A stretch of 54,354 nt of DNA from an uncultured Collinsella sp. (GTDB lineage: Bacteria; Actinomycetota; Coriobacteriia; Coriobacteriales; Coriobacteriaceae), in assembly GCA_900549555.1 (NCBI GenBank), contig UROO01000001.1, positions 1-54,354 on the forward strand. Direction: 5' to 3'. Below, one piece after another: positions 8,185-17,523 of the stretch (positions within the stretch are counted from its first letter, which is position 1; every line of letters starts with the position of its first letter). Made by a program: the position numbers and the translations under genes. Under the pieces are notes generated by a model. It was given only the letters and a program-made list of their open reading frames with translations, did not search any database and was not told where the DNA came from.

Positions 8185-8875
8185 GTGCCCGCACTGCGGC
8201 GCGACCCTCAAGGCCCGTACCACGCGGCTCGCGGGGCGGACGCTGTTCTGTGGCTACGAGCAGTGCGGCTGCGCAGGCGCCGAGGCCGAGCGCGAGAAGG
8301 AGCGCCAGGCCGAGGCCGAGGCGGCTCGCAAGGCCGTGCTCGACAAGGCCATGCATGACTGGAAGCGGGCGGGCGTTCCCGAGCGCTACGTGAGCCTCGA
8401 CCACCCCTTGGCGGCCGAGATCGCCGAGTGCATGAAGCGCGGCCAGTGGGTGTACCTCTGGGGCGACGTGGGAACCCACAAGACTACCTGCGCCGCAGCC
8501 GTGGCGAAGCGCCTGGCCGGCGGCAAGCGATCGGCGCTCATGGCACCGATGTACCGCATCCTCGACGAGATCCAGCGCAGCTTCCACGACGGCGGCGACC
8601 CGCTCAAGCGCTACGCCGAGGTTGGCTACCTGATCGTGGACGACCTTGGCAAGCGCAGGCCGACGGGCTTCGTGCTCGACAGCCTGTTCAGCCTGATCGA
8701 CCAGCGCTACTCGGCGATGCTGCCGACGCTGGTGACCACGCAGTACAAGCCAAGCGACCTCGTGCGCAGGCTCGCCGAGCAGGGAGACCCCGACACCGCC
8801 AAGGCAATAGTGTCGCGGCTGAGGGGCGGCGCGAGGGTCGTGCACTTCGACGGCCCGGACGGGAGGCTGCAATGA
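8162..8875 (+). CDS. DnaC/IstB-like helicase-loader ATPase
   Basis: GDVGTHKT Walker A, LIVDDLG Walker B, PTLVTTQ, AIVSRL. Confidence 0.88.
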   Translation: MDFRPTTECPHCGATLKARTTRLAGRTLFCGYEQCGCAGAEAEREKERQAEAEAARKAVLDKAMHDWKRAGVPERYVSLDHPLAAEIAECMKRGQWVYLWGDVGTHKTTCAAAVAKRLAGGKRSALMAPMYRILDEIQRSFHDGGDPLKRYAEVGYLIVDDLGKRRPTGFVLDSLFSLIDQRYSAMLPTLVTTQYKPSDLVRRLAEQGDPDTAKAIVSRLRGGARVVHFDGPDGRLQ

Positions 8876-9327
8876 TCCTCGATGCAGGCATTCTGCGCGG
8901 CTACACAAAGGAGCGAGCCGAGCTTTACGGCAAGCCTCACCTGGGGGCGCACTACACCCACGGCAAGTCATACGAGGCGCTGTCTCCCCGATGCTGCGTG
9001 TGCGGCAGGCGCGCTGGGAGCGTGCACCACGTGGCGCACCGCTCTTGGGGCGAGACGTTCCGCCTGGTCGCACCGTGCGGCACATGGGACTTGCGAAGCC
9101 CGCTGTTCTGCCTGTGCGGCAGCGGCACCACCGGATGCCACGACAAGTTCCACGGCGGGGCGCGGCTCAAGGCCGAGTGGGTGTGGCGCTCGAAGGTCTA
9201 CGAGGAGGCCTGGTGGACCGGCGAGCTTTTGCAGGTGTACGAGCCGCATGACCCGGCGCTTTACGAATACGGATATTGGCTGATCACCGACCGTGACGGC
9301 AACGAGATGATACGAGAAGGGATGTAA
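8872..9327 (+). CDS. HNH-like zinc-binding putative nuclease
   Basis: CCVCG...HHV...LC...CHDKFH pattern. Confidence 0.6.
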   Translation: MILDAGILRGYTKERAELYGKPHLGAHYTHGKSYEALSPRCCVCGRRAGSVHHVAHRSWGETFRLVAPCGTWDLRSPLFCLCGSGTTGCHDKFHGGARLKAEWVWRSKVYEEAWWTGELLQVYEPHDPALYEYGYWLITDRDGNEMIREGM

Positions 9328-9329
9328 CC

Positions 9330-9725
9330 ATGGAAATCAAGACATGCGAGCAGTACGTGCTCGACCAGCTGGAGCAGGCGCGGGCTGAGCGCGATTGGCT
9401 GCGCGAAAAGCTTGAGCAGGCGCAGGACGAGGCAGAGGAGCTGCGCGGCAAGCTCATGGAGCGCGGCGAGCACGATGCCTCGAAGGTCGAGCAGGCCATC
9501 CGCAAGGAAGGCCGCCGTAAGCTCTACCGCGACGGCAGCGGCTACCGCACGAGCGTGGAAGACGGCGGCAAGCTTATTCCGTTCTCTGACTGGTGCATCG
9601 AGCACGTCGGCTACTCAAGCCTGCGCTGCGGCATGACCAAGAGCGAGTTCATCGCCTACTTCGAGCCTGAGTTCCGAGAGGAGTACGACGAGCTGGTCAA
9701 CGAGTGGAAGGCGGGCCAGGAATGA
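9330..9725 (+). CDS. Hypothetical coiled-coil protein
   Basis: Tight operon spacing. Confidence 0.65.
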   Translation: MEIKTCEQYVLDQLEQARAERDWLREKLEQAQDEAEELRGKLMERGEHDASKVEQAIRKEGRRKLYRDGSGYRTSVEDGGKLIPFSDWCIEHVGYSSLRCGMTKSEFIAYFEPEFREEYDELVNEWKAGQE

Positions 9726-9961
9726 TACGCATCTATGAGCGCTCGCTTTGCCAGAGCTACGCGAGCGCCTACAGGGCTGGCATCAAGATCGGTGAGGTCG
9801 AGACGCGAGAGGACGCGCTGAAGCAGGTCGAGGCCCTGACCGACGACAGCTACCAGTGCTTCGCACTGCTGGAAGACGGAACCGTGCTCGACCTGCGGGG
9901 CCGGTTCCCCGGTTGCGTGGAGTTGGGCTGTGAGGAGGAACGCGATGGCAACCGAGATTGA
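9722..9961 (+). CDS. Hypothetical protein
   Basis: ATGA overlap. Confidence 0.55.
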   Translation: MIRIYERSLCQSYASAYRAGIKIGEVETREDALKQVEALTDDSYQCFALLEDGTVLDLRGRFPGCVELGCEEERDGNRD

Positions 9962-10295
9962 GCCGCTGATTATGCCGTTCGACCCGCTTTGGGTCACCAC
10001 CAGCAAGCGAGAGTACCGCGAGTCCGTGCGCAGGATGGGCGAAGAGCCGGGAGACACCAAGGGCAAGGACGGCCTCACCAGCTGCATCCCGGGCAAGGGG
10101 TGCGTGATCTGGATCAGCCGCAAGGTGAAGGCCCCGGACCTGTACGCGCTCGCCGCCCACGAGGCGACGCATGCGGCGTGCGACATGCTTGCCAGCATTG
10201 GGGAGGACACGCCCGCCGCCGAGGAGCTGGCCTACATGGTGCAGTCCATCACGGCGGGAATCATCATCGCCTGCGAGGGCCGCAGCGATGGCTAA
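9945..10295 (+). CDS. Small HExxH putative metallopeptidase
   Basis: AAHEATH...EELAY motif; GAGGAGG RBS. Confidence 0.6.
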   Translation: MATEIEPLIMPFDPLWVTTSKREYRESVRRMGEEPGDTKGKDGLTSCIPGKGCVIWISRKVKAPDLYALAAHEATHAACDMLASIGEDTPAAEELAYMVQSITAGIIIACEGRSDG

Positions 10296-10515
10296 CGCCA
10301 AGGTGTTGCGGAAAGCGCAACTGCTGCGCCTTATGGTTGACGAGTTGTGCGACAACATCGAGGCCCGAGAGGCTAGCGAGTCGTGCCTGCACACCTACGG
10401 CAGCCTCGGCTACGGCCTGGAAGACGGGCAGGGCAAGACCCAGATACAGAACGACATACGCAGGTGCAGGAGAACGCTCCTCGACCTGTGGAAGCTGATA
10501 GGAAAGGAAATCTGA
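10288..10515 (+). CDS. Hypothetical protein
   Basis: Coupled to neighbours. Confidence 0.55.
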   Translation: MANAKVLRKAQLLRLMVDELCDNIEAREASESCLHTYGSLGYGLEDGQGKTQIQNDIRRCRRTLLDLWKLIGKEI

Positions 10516-10883
10516 TGACCGACGAGAAGAAAACCGAGACCGCCAAGGAAGCCGCAACCGTGAAGAAGGCCATGATCTCGCAGCCGATGGCCGGCAAGAC
10601 AGACGAGGAGATCGTGGCCACGCGCGACCTCGCCGTGGCGAAGCTGCGCCAGATGGGCTACGAGGTCGTGAACACCCTATTCACCGACGAGTGGTACAGC
10701 GACGAGGCCATGGAGGAGCGCGGCGTGGTGCAGGTTCCGCTGTGCTTCCTCGCGAAGTCGCTTGAGAACATGAGCCTTTGCCATGCGGCCTACTTCTGCA
10801 AGGGCTGGGAAGACGCCCGAGGCTGCAAGATCGAACACGACGCCGCCACCGCATACGGGTTGGAGGTGCTTTATGAGGAGTAG
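10515..10883 (+). CDS. DUF4406-like protein
   Basis: KAMISQPMAG...CHAAYFCKGWEDARGCKIEH motif. Confidence 0.7.
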   Translation: MTDEKKTETAKEAATVKKAMISQPMAGKTDEEIVATRDLAVAKLRQMGYEVVNTLFTDEWYSDEAMEERGVVQVPLCFLAKSLENMSLCHAAYFCKGWEDARGCKIEHDAATAYGLEVLYEE

Positions 10884-11091
10884 CGAGTTCTTCGCCGAGG
10901 CAGCCCGCATGACGGTGGATGCCGTGAAGGCGTTGGCCGAGTGTTTCGCGCGGGCGTTCCGCCAAGCGGCGAAGGCGATACGCAAGCTGGCGAAGCGGCT
11001 CGACCCGAGGTGGCAGCGCCGCTATTGCCGCGCGCTAGCGCGATCGCGCCGCAACAACCTGTACCTGAAAAGCATAGGAAGGTGCCGATGA
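10873..11091 (+). CDS. Small basic hypothetical protein
   Basis: GGAGG RBS; coupled. Confidence 0.5.
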   Translation: MRSSEFFAEAARMTVDAVKALAECFARAFRQAAKAIRKLAKRLDPRWQRRYCRALARSRRNNLYLKSIGRCR

Positions 11092-11672
11092 TGATTGACG
11101 ACGCGACGCGCAACAGCGTTGCCGACCAGCTTGAACACGATGCAGTCTACCTCGACGGCTCGTCTCTATCCGAATGGTGGGCACGCCTTCAGTCTGTGGC
11201 ATGCAACTATGAAGATTTCCCCGATCCGCGCTCCTTGTTCACGCGCCTGGCGGGACTCATCAGGCCGAACCCCATCAACGGAAGCACGTCCGACGGCTAT
11301 CACACCTTTGACGAGCTATACCACCACCGAGCCGTGCTATTTTCCGTCGTCGTTTCGGCGTTTCCCGACAAGGCATGGAAAGCGAAGGCGCACAGCGACG
11401 GCACCATGTATGGCGGCATGTTCATCGTCGGCATCGACACGCCAGACGGCCAGGCCACCTATCACTACGACATCGATCCGTACTGGGGTATGTTCCGCTG
11501 CAAGGAGCTTGACCGAGCGCCAGAGTGGGACGGCCACACGCCAGAGCAAGCTATTGAGCGCATAGGCAAGCTGACCGGCCTTATCGACCGCGCGACCACG
11601 CACCTTGTCCTCGATGAAGACGGCCACACGTATTGCCCAGATTGCGGCGCGAAGGTCGCCAAGAATGGCTAG
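11088..11672 (+). CDS. WDGH-motif phage protein
   Basis: SDGYHTFDELYHHR...GQATYH...APEWDGHT. Confidence 0.7.
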   Translation: MMIDDATRNSVADQLEHDAVYLDGSSLSEWWARLQSVACNYEDFPDPRSLFTRLAGLIRPNPINGSTSDGYHTFDELYHHRAVLFSVVVSAFPDKAWKAKAHSDGTMYGGMFIVGIDTPDGQATYHYDIDPYWGMFRCKELDRAPEWDGHTPEQAIERIGKLTGLIDRATTHLVLDEDGHTYCPDCGAKVAKNG

Positions 11673-12087
11673 GGGCAGGACGAAGCGGTTTACCGAAAGC
11701 GAGCTGCGCGAGAGGCGAAACCGCCAATGGTGGGAATCCCGCGCCCGCTGCGGCTATGCGACCGTCTGCCCTCTGTGCGGCGGGTACACACTCTCGAAAA
11801 CCGGCTATCACGCGGGCTGTGCCAAGAAGGCAGGGATCAAGATTCCAAGGCAGCGAATGAAGCGAGCTTTATTGACCGCCAAAGAGCGTCAGAAGATTCC
11901 CGTTGCCCGGATGGCTGGCCCGGTGGGCGCCGTTGTCCGTGACGATGGCGTGCGATTCGAGTCGGCTGGTGCGGCGGCGCTCGCGACATACAGGTATTGC
12001 GGCAGCTCGAACATCGTGAGGGCCGTCAGAACGGGATGCAAGGCCGGAGGTCATTACTGGAAACGAGCCGACGAGGAGGATAAATGA
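11665..12087 (+). CDS. Basic putative DNA-binding protein
   Basis: CPLC motif; C-terminal FESAGAAA...AGGHYWK resembling NUMOD-type segments. Confidence 0.5.
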   Translation: MARGRTKRFTESELRERRNRQWWESRARCGYATVCPLCGGYTLSKTGYHAGCAKKAGIKIPRQRMKRALLTAKERQKIPVARMAGPVGAVVRDDGVRFESAGAAALATYRYCGSSNIVRAVRTGCKAGGHYWKRADEEDK

Positions 12088-12317
12088 CCGACCAATACGT
12101 GTTCAACCCCGACATACACGACGAGTGGAAGCCGCCTGCGCACCGCTGCGAGAACTGCTCCCACCACGAGCACGACGTTGTGCCGATCGTTCATTTCGAC
12201 GTGGACGGCAACGAGGTCGGCAGCACTACCGGCACGCGCTGCTACTGCAATCACGGCGGCAAACACTTCGTGACGGGCGACAACAACCACTGCGACTACT
12301 GGGAGGAGGCGCGATGA
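12084..12317 (+). CDS. Small Cys-rich hypothetical protein
   Basis: GAGGAGG RBS; CENC/CDYW. Confidence 0.6.
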   Translation: MTDQYVFNPDIHDEWKPPAHRCENCSHHEHDVVPIVHFDVDGNEVGSTTGTRCYCNHGGKHFVTGDNNHCDYWEEAR

Positions 12318-12670
12318 GCTACGACATACGCCTGTGCGACCCCGTGACGCACGAGGCGCTGCAAACCGACGTGCCTCACGACATGCGTGGCGGCACCTAC
12401 GCCATGGGCGGCACTACCGGTCTCTGGCTGAACGTCACCTACAACTACGGCAAGCACTACTACCGCGTTCTCGGGGACGAGGGCATCCGCACCATCTACG
12501 GCATGACGGGCGCGGAGTCCATCCCCGTGCTCGAAGCGGCAGCGGCCAAGCTGTCCGACGAGGTTTCGGACGACTACTGGGAGGCCACCGAGGGCAACGC
12601 CAAGCGCCCCCTATTGCAGCTGGCCGCGATGGCGCGTATCCGCCCCGACGGCGTTTGGGACGGTGACTGA
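12314..12670 (+). CDS. Hypothetical phage protein
   Basis: MSYDIRL...NVTYN...PDGVW; GGAGG RBS. Confidence 0.65.
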   Translation: MSYDIRLCDPVTHEALQTDVPHDMRGGTYAMGGTTGLWLNVTYNYGKHYYRVLGDEGIRTIYGMTGAESIPVLEAAAAKLSDEVSDDYWEATEGNAKRPLLQLAAMARIRPDGVWDGD

Positions 12671-12672
12671 CG

Positions 12673-12852
12673 ATGCTGGTGATAGAGAGGAATAACGTTC
12701 CAGAAAACTGCTCGACGTGCCTTTACGGAAGGTTCTACGGCTGCGCCAATGCTGACCGCCAGAAGGATTGGATGTACTACCGCTTTTGGCAAGGCCTGAA
12801 GCACTGCCCGAGCTGGTGGCTCGACCAGAACCGGTTCGAGAGGGTGTGGTGA
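12673..12852 (+). CDS. Small Cys/Trp-rich protein (59 aa), not in ORF track
   Basis: MLVIERNNVPENCSTC...; fills the gap between coupled genes. Confidence 0.5.
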   Translation: MLVIERNNVPENCSTCLYGRFYGCANADRQKDWMYYRFWQGLKHCPSWWLDQNRFERVW

Positions 12853-12853
12853 G

Positions 12854-13141
12854 ATGGTTGGCTACGAGCCGCCTAGTGGCTGGAACCTGCCGCCCGGCTG
12901 CTTCGATGGAGACCCGAACGCGCCGTGGAACCAGGAGGAGCCAGACCTGTGCTTGGATTGCGCATGGTTCAATGGCACCGACGGCGAGAACGGCGTGTGC
13001 GGCCTTGAGCTTGAGGCCGCGATTGCCAACGAGGAGCTTACGGGCGCGAGCACGGCGGACACGGCAAACAAGGCCGTTGACTGGGCGCTCGACCATCTGA
13101 GGGACGGGGGCGAGATCGCTTGCGAGCACTTCAAGCCCTAG
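12854..13141 (+). CDS. Hypothetical protein
   Basis: WNLPPGC...DPNAPWN, Cys motifs. Confidence 0.6.
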   Translation: MVGYEPPSGWNLPPGCFDGDPNAPWNQEEPDLCLDCAWFNGTDGENGVCGLELEAAIANEELTGASTADTANKAVDWALDHLRDGGEIACEHFKP

Positions 13142-13259
13142 CCGCCTTTGCCGTGGCGCTGCTGCTGGCGGTGCTGGCCCTTGAGCTTTACGCGATCCGT
13201 ATGCTGGCAGCGGGGCTGGTGGTTCTGGCCCTGCTCGCCTGCGGATAGGAGGTGGACGA

Positions 13260-13478
13260 TTGACCAACTGGGAGCGGTACTTCGGTTCGCCCGAGGCCGC
13301 GATGCGCATGGGTGTGCGCATGATGACGTGGCCGCTGCTCATAGTCGTGGACGAGGTCGACCCGCACACGAGGTGCGCGAAGCACTCGCGCCGCGTCGGC
13401 GAGTTCGCGTCCTTCGAGGAGTACGCGGCGTGGCTGCATGCCGAATACGACGACGGAACGATAAGGTGGGACGAATGA
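13260..13478 (+). CDS. Hypothetical protein
   Basis: AGGAGG RBS before TTG; MTNWERYFGSPE. Confidence 0.6.
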   Translation: MTNWERYFGSPEAAMRMGVRMMTWPLLIVVDEVDPHTRCAKHSRRVGEFASFEEYAAWLHAEYDDGTIRWDE

Positions 13479-13591
13479 GCCGCCCGGGATGCAACCGGGG
13501 ATGCCTGCTCATAATAGCGGCATCCCTGCTAATAGACGGATTGACGCTGTGGGCGGCGGTATCGCTGGCCCGCATGATCATTGGAGGTTGA
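13475..13591 (+). CDS. Small membrane protein
   Basis: ATGA overlap; hydrophobic helix. Confidence 0.45.
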   Translation: MSRPGCNRGCLLIIAASLLIDGLTLWAAVSLARMIIGG

Positions 13592-13592
13592 C

Positions 13593-13721
13593 ATGGGATA
13601 CAAGAAGTTAATGGATGCAGCCGGTGCTGTCGTGTCCATGCTCGTGATGCTCTTCCTGGTGCTGCTCGTGTGCTACGGCATCGTGTGGTGCATCGGCGGG
13701 ATAGCGGCGATGCTGGCATGA
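13593..13721 (+). CDS. Small membrane protein (MGYKKLMDAAG...)
   Basis: GGAGG RBS; stop overlaps the HNH start. Confidence 0.5.
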   Translation: MGYKKLMDAAGAVVSMLVMLFLVLLVCYGIVWCIGGIAAMLA

Positions 13722-14008
13722 GTGGCAACCCGCGCAACCGCAACGGCAACGCAAGGCGCAAGCTGAGAGCGAGGCTGAGGGCAGAGGGAAGGCCGTGCCA
13801 CATATGCGGCCAGCCGATAGACTACAGCCTGCCGAGCGGCGACCCGTGGAGCTTCGAGGTGGACGAGCTGCTGCCCGTGTCGAGGGGAGGCAGCCCGCTG
13901 GACTACTCCAACGTGGATGCAGCCCACAGGATTTGCAACCAGCGGCGCGGCAACAGGATGCTGGGCGACGCCAAGCAGTACCAGATACGCCGCACGCGGC
14001 TGTTCTGA
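13718..14008 (+). CDS. Packaging-associated HNH endonuclease
   Basis: CHICG...VDELLPVSRGG...NVDAAHRICN; upstream of terminase. Confidence 0.85.
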   Translation: MSGNPRNRNGNARRKLRARLRAEGRPCHICGQPIDYSLPSGDPWSFEVDELLPVSRGGSPLDYSNVDAAHRICNQRRGNRMLGDAKQYQIRRTRLF

Positions 14009-14034
14009 GGGAAAACATAGCAATGCACCAATAG

Positions 14035-14070
14035 GGGCGCGGTCGTTTCGGCGGTCGCGCCCTTTCTTTT
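14035..14070 (+). terminator. Terminator after early operon
   Basis: GGGCGCG...CGCGCCC followed by TTTCTTTT. Confidence 0.55.
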
Positions 14071-14231
14071 GGCCCCAAGCGCCGAAGCCGCCGAAAAGAG
14101 GCGGGGCGGTCGCCCCTCCCCCGGGTCGGAAGGCCACTCCGGCCGCCTAGGGCCGATTTCCCCCCGCCCGTTCCGAACGATTTCGCTATCTCACGCCGCC
14201 ATTACGATTCCCCGCGAAGAAGGAGGGAATC

Positions 14232-14675
14232 ATGGCCGAGAACATCGAGATGCCGCAGGAAGTGGCTAGCGACCCCGTGCAAGCCGCCATCTGGGAGCAG
14301 CTGACCGCGAGGCGCACGTTCGCGCAGGAGGATGCGCCGACGCTGGCGCTGCTCTGCTACTGGCACGCCGTGGCGAACCAGGCACGCGAGGCCATGGCCC
14401 TCGGGGGCAACGAGATCGAAATACTCGACGCCACCGCATACAAGCCGATCAGAGGCAAGGGCGGCAAGCGGCTCAAGATGATGCGCAAGAATCCGGCGCT
14501 GACCGTACTGAAGGAGGCCAGCACCGAGATCAGGGCGCTGTCAGACCAGCTCGGCCTGTCCAAGTCGGCCCGCAACGTCACGGTGCAGCAGGCGCGACCC
14601 GCGAGCGCCCACGGCAAGCTGCTCACGCTCATGTTCGATGACCGCGAGGCACGTGCCAAGGCGGCAGGCGCGTGA
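14232..14675 (+). CDS. Terminase small subunit (P27-like)
   Basis: KNPAL...LSDQLGLSKSAR motif; AGGAGG RBS. Confidence 0.85.
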   Translation: MAENIEMPQEVASDPVQAAIWEQLTARRTFAQEDAPTLALLCYWHAVANQAREAMALGGNEIEILDATAYKPIRGKGGKRLKMMRKNPALTVLKEASTEIRALSDQLGLSKSARNVTVQQARPASAHGKLLTLMFDDREARAKAAGA

Positions 14676-16096
14676 TGCAGGCGAGGCAGACCCCGACATA
14701 CGAGGCGAACATCCCAGAAAGGCTCGACGGAGACGGCCCCATGGCGGCAGAACTGGCATCCGCGTACTTCGGCGACCCGCTGCCGTGGCAGCCGCACCTG
14801 CTCGACGCCATGCTCGCCCGCGACGGACGCGACAAGTACCTGCTGCGCTCGATCGGCATATCCATCCCGAGACAGAACGGCAAAAGCTGGGACGTTCGCG
14901 CCCGCTGCTTCCACGGAGCCCTCAACGGCGAGAAGATCCTGTACACATGCCAGCACGGCGACACCTCAGACCAAATGTTCCAGGAGCTTTCAAGGCCATT
15001 CGAGGACGAGGACGAGCCTGAGCTTAACGACCTGCTGCTCGCCGTGCGCAAGACCAACGGCCAGCAGGCCATCAAACTCAAGAACGGCGGTCTTATCCGC
15101 TTCACCACGCGCACCGACTCGCTGGCGCGAGGCAAGACCTACGACGTGCTCATTTACGACGAGGCGCAGGAGCTTACGGCCAAGCAGCAGGCGGCTTCGC
15201 TGCCCGCCATCTCGGCAGGGTCGAAGCATAACCCGCAGACGATCTACCTTGGCACGCCGCCAGGCCCAGACAACGTGGGCACGGTGTTCCGCGACCTCCA
15301 CGAGGACGTTCACAACGGCAGGTCTGAGATGGGGTGGATCGAGTGGGGCGCTACAGAGATTGGCGACGTGCACGACGAGTCGCGATGGTTCGAGTACAAC
15401 CCGTCTCTCGGCACGATCCTCGACATAGAGGCCGTACGCGGCGAGTCCGAGCAGATGCAGCCCGACGTATTCGCGCGTGAGCGCCTTGGCTGGTGGAGCC
15501 CAATCGGCGGAGCCGACTCCTACGCGCTTTCGAGCGCCAAGTGGAAGGCGTGCGAGGTGGCGGGGCCGATGCAGGGAGGCAAGCTCGCGTTCGGCGTGAA
15601 GTTCTCGCCCGACGGGTCGCGCGTTGCCGTGTCCTGGGCGAAGGCGGAGCGCGGTGCCGGCTCCTACGTCGAGCTTTACGACCTCATGGGCGCCGAGGGC
15701 GGAACTGTCGGCATATCAGACATGCTGCTGCGCAACCGCGAGGAGATCGCGTGCGTCTGCATCGACGGGAAGAGCGGAGCGGACGCGCTGAAGCAGCGGC
15801 TTATGGACGGCAGGATGCCGAAGTCGGCGATCGTCATGGGCAGCACCGCGATCGTGCAGGCTGCTGCGACGATGCTGGCCGACGAGGTTAATGCCGGGAC
15901 AACGAGCCACATCGAGTCGCCCGCGTTGGACGATTCCGCAACGAAGTCGATCAAGCGCGACGTAGGGCGCGACGGCTGGGGCTTCGGCGACGGCCCCGAC
16001 TCTTCATCAGCGCCGATCGAGAGCGCATCGCTGGCCCTATGGGCGGCGAGGACAACCAAGAGAGACCCGAGACGTAAACAGGAGGCAAGCTTCTGA
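14675..16096 (+). CDS. Terminase large subunit
   Basis: PRQNGKS Walker A, LIYDEAQ Walker B, GTPP, NPSLG. Confidence 0.93.
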   Translation: MQARQTPTYEANIPERLDGDGPMAAELASAYFGDPLPWQPHLLDAMLARDGRDKYLLRSIGISIPRQNGKSWDVRARCFHGALNGEKILYTCQHGDTSDQMFQELSRPFEDEDEPELNDLLLAVRKTNGQQAIKLKNGGLIRFTTRTDSLARGKTYDVLIYDEAQELTAKQQAASLPAISAGSKHNPQTIYLGTPPGPDNVGTVFRDLHEDVHNGRSEMGWIEWGATEIGDVHDESRWFEYNPSLGTILDIEAVRGESEQMQPDVFARERLGWWSPIGGADSYALSSAKWKACEVAGPMQGGKLAFGVKFSPDGSRVAVSWAKAERGAGSYVELYDLMGAEGGTVGISDMLLRNREEIACVCIDGKSGADALKQRLMDGRMPKSAIVMGSTAIVQAAATMLADEVNAGTTSHIESPALDDSATKSIKRDVGRDGWGFGDGPDSSSAPIESASLALWAARTTKRDPRRKQEASF

Positions 16097-17523
16097 TGGC
16101 AGCAGTGAACATGGAACTGGCCGGGCAGGTCGCAGCGGCGGAAGGCCTGCGACACGAGGACAAGGCGCTCGTTCGCGAGCTTATGGACACGTGGCGCACC
16201 CACCGATCCCGCAACATGTTGCGGGAGGACTACTACCTCGGACACGTCGGCGTCAAAGACCTGGGCATCGCCATGCCGAAAGCCCTCGCCAAGAAGATCA
16301 ACCCGCGCGTTGATTGGCCCAAGAAAGCGGTGCACGCCCTGGCAGACCGCTCGGTGTTCAACGGCTTCACCGCCGACGACGATGCCGTTACCGTGCAGCT
16401 GCGCGACATATGCGCCGACAACCAGCTCGAAGCGCTCTACCGCAAGAACCTTATCGGTGAGCTGAAGCACTGCTGCGGCTTCTGGACTGTCACGGACGGC
16501 GGCGGCAAGCCAATCATCTCCGCGTACCCGGCAACCGCAGCGGCGGCAATCTGGGATGACGCGCAGAAGCGCATCAAGGCCGGTCTCGTTGTGGCCGAGT
16601 CGAAGAAGATGCCAGGTGACACCGAGCGCGTGCCGACCGTCGTGCACCTGCTCACAGAAGACGCGCTGGTGGTGCTTACGCGCGGCAGCGGCCACTGGGT
16701 GGCCGACTACATGGAGCATGGCATGGGTCGCTGTCTCATGGAGCCTATGCCCTACGATGCCACGCTTGAGCGACCGTTCGGCTCCTCGCGCATCAGCCGT
16801 TCGGTCATGAGCATCACAGACGACGCCATACGCCAACGCGCCCGCATGGAGGTGGCGTCTGAGGCCGCGACGCTGCCGCAGACCTGGCTGCTCGGCACAT
16901 ACAAGAAGATGATCAACGGGCAGAACAAGTACGACGCGTCGATGGGGGCGGTCAACGAGATCACCAAAGACCCTGACGGAGACTCGCCGACCGTGTGGCA
17001 GTCGGCCCAGTTGCAGATGGCGCCGCTCACCGAGTACCTGCGCCAGCTAGCATGCCAAATGTCGGCGGTCACCAATGTTCCGGTGTCTTTCTTCGGCGTG
17101 AGCAACGACAACCCATCCTCTTCGGATGCCATCGCTGCATCGCTCGAACCGCTCGTGATCGATGCGAAGAACCTCAACCGCGAGAATGGCAACGCTTTGC
17201 GCAACGTGGCCTACATGGCGCTCGCTGTGGCGAACGGCACGGATTACGAGACCGAGCGCGATGCCGGCTACAACCTCAACCCGCGCTTCATGTCCCCGGC
17301 CTACCCGTCAATCGTGAGCCTGTCCGACGCCGCGTTGAAGCAGGTGCAGGGTCTGCCGAAGCTCGCCAACTCCGACGTGATGCTCGAAATGCTCGACTAC
17401 ACAGACGAGCAGATCCAGCGCATCAACAGCGACAACAAGAAGGCACAGGCGAGCGCTGCCGTGGCCTCGCTGTTCGAGCCGAAGGAGGGCGAGGATGGCG
17501 GAGATACCTCGCAGCCTGCTTAA
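16096..17523 (+). CDS. Portal protein
   Basis: Follows TerL; DYYLG, WPKKAV, RPFGSSRI, NPSSSDAI motifs. Confidence 0.9.
   Translation: MAAVNMELAGQVAAAEGLRHEDKALVRELMDTWRTHRSRNMLREDYYLGHVGVKDLGIAMPKALAKKINPRVDWPKKAVHALADRSVFNGFTADDDAVTVQLRDICADNQLEALYRKNLIGELKHCCGFWTVTDGGGKPIISAYPATAAAAIWDDAQKRIKAGLVVAESKKMPGDTERVPTVVHLLTEDALVVLTRGSGHWVADYMEHGMGRCLMEPMPYDATLERPFGSSRISRSVMSITDDAIRQRARMEVASEAATLPQTWLLGTYKKMINGQNKYDASMGAVNEITKDPDGDSPTVWQSAQLQMAPLTEYLRQLACQMSAVTNVPVSFFGVSNDNPSSSDAIAASLEPLVIDAKNLNRENGNALRNVAYMALAVANGTDYETERDAGYNLNPRFMSPAYPSIVSLSDAALKQVQGLPKLANSDVMLEMLDYTDEQIQRINSDNKKAQASAAVASLFEPKEGEDGGDTSQPA

Noticed and set aside
13598..13612. ATACAAGAAGTTA resembling the operator
   Set aside because: Only a half-site, within a coding start (MGYKKL)
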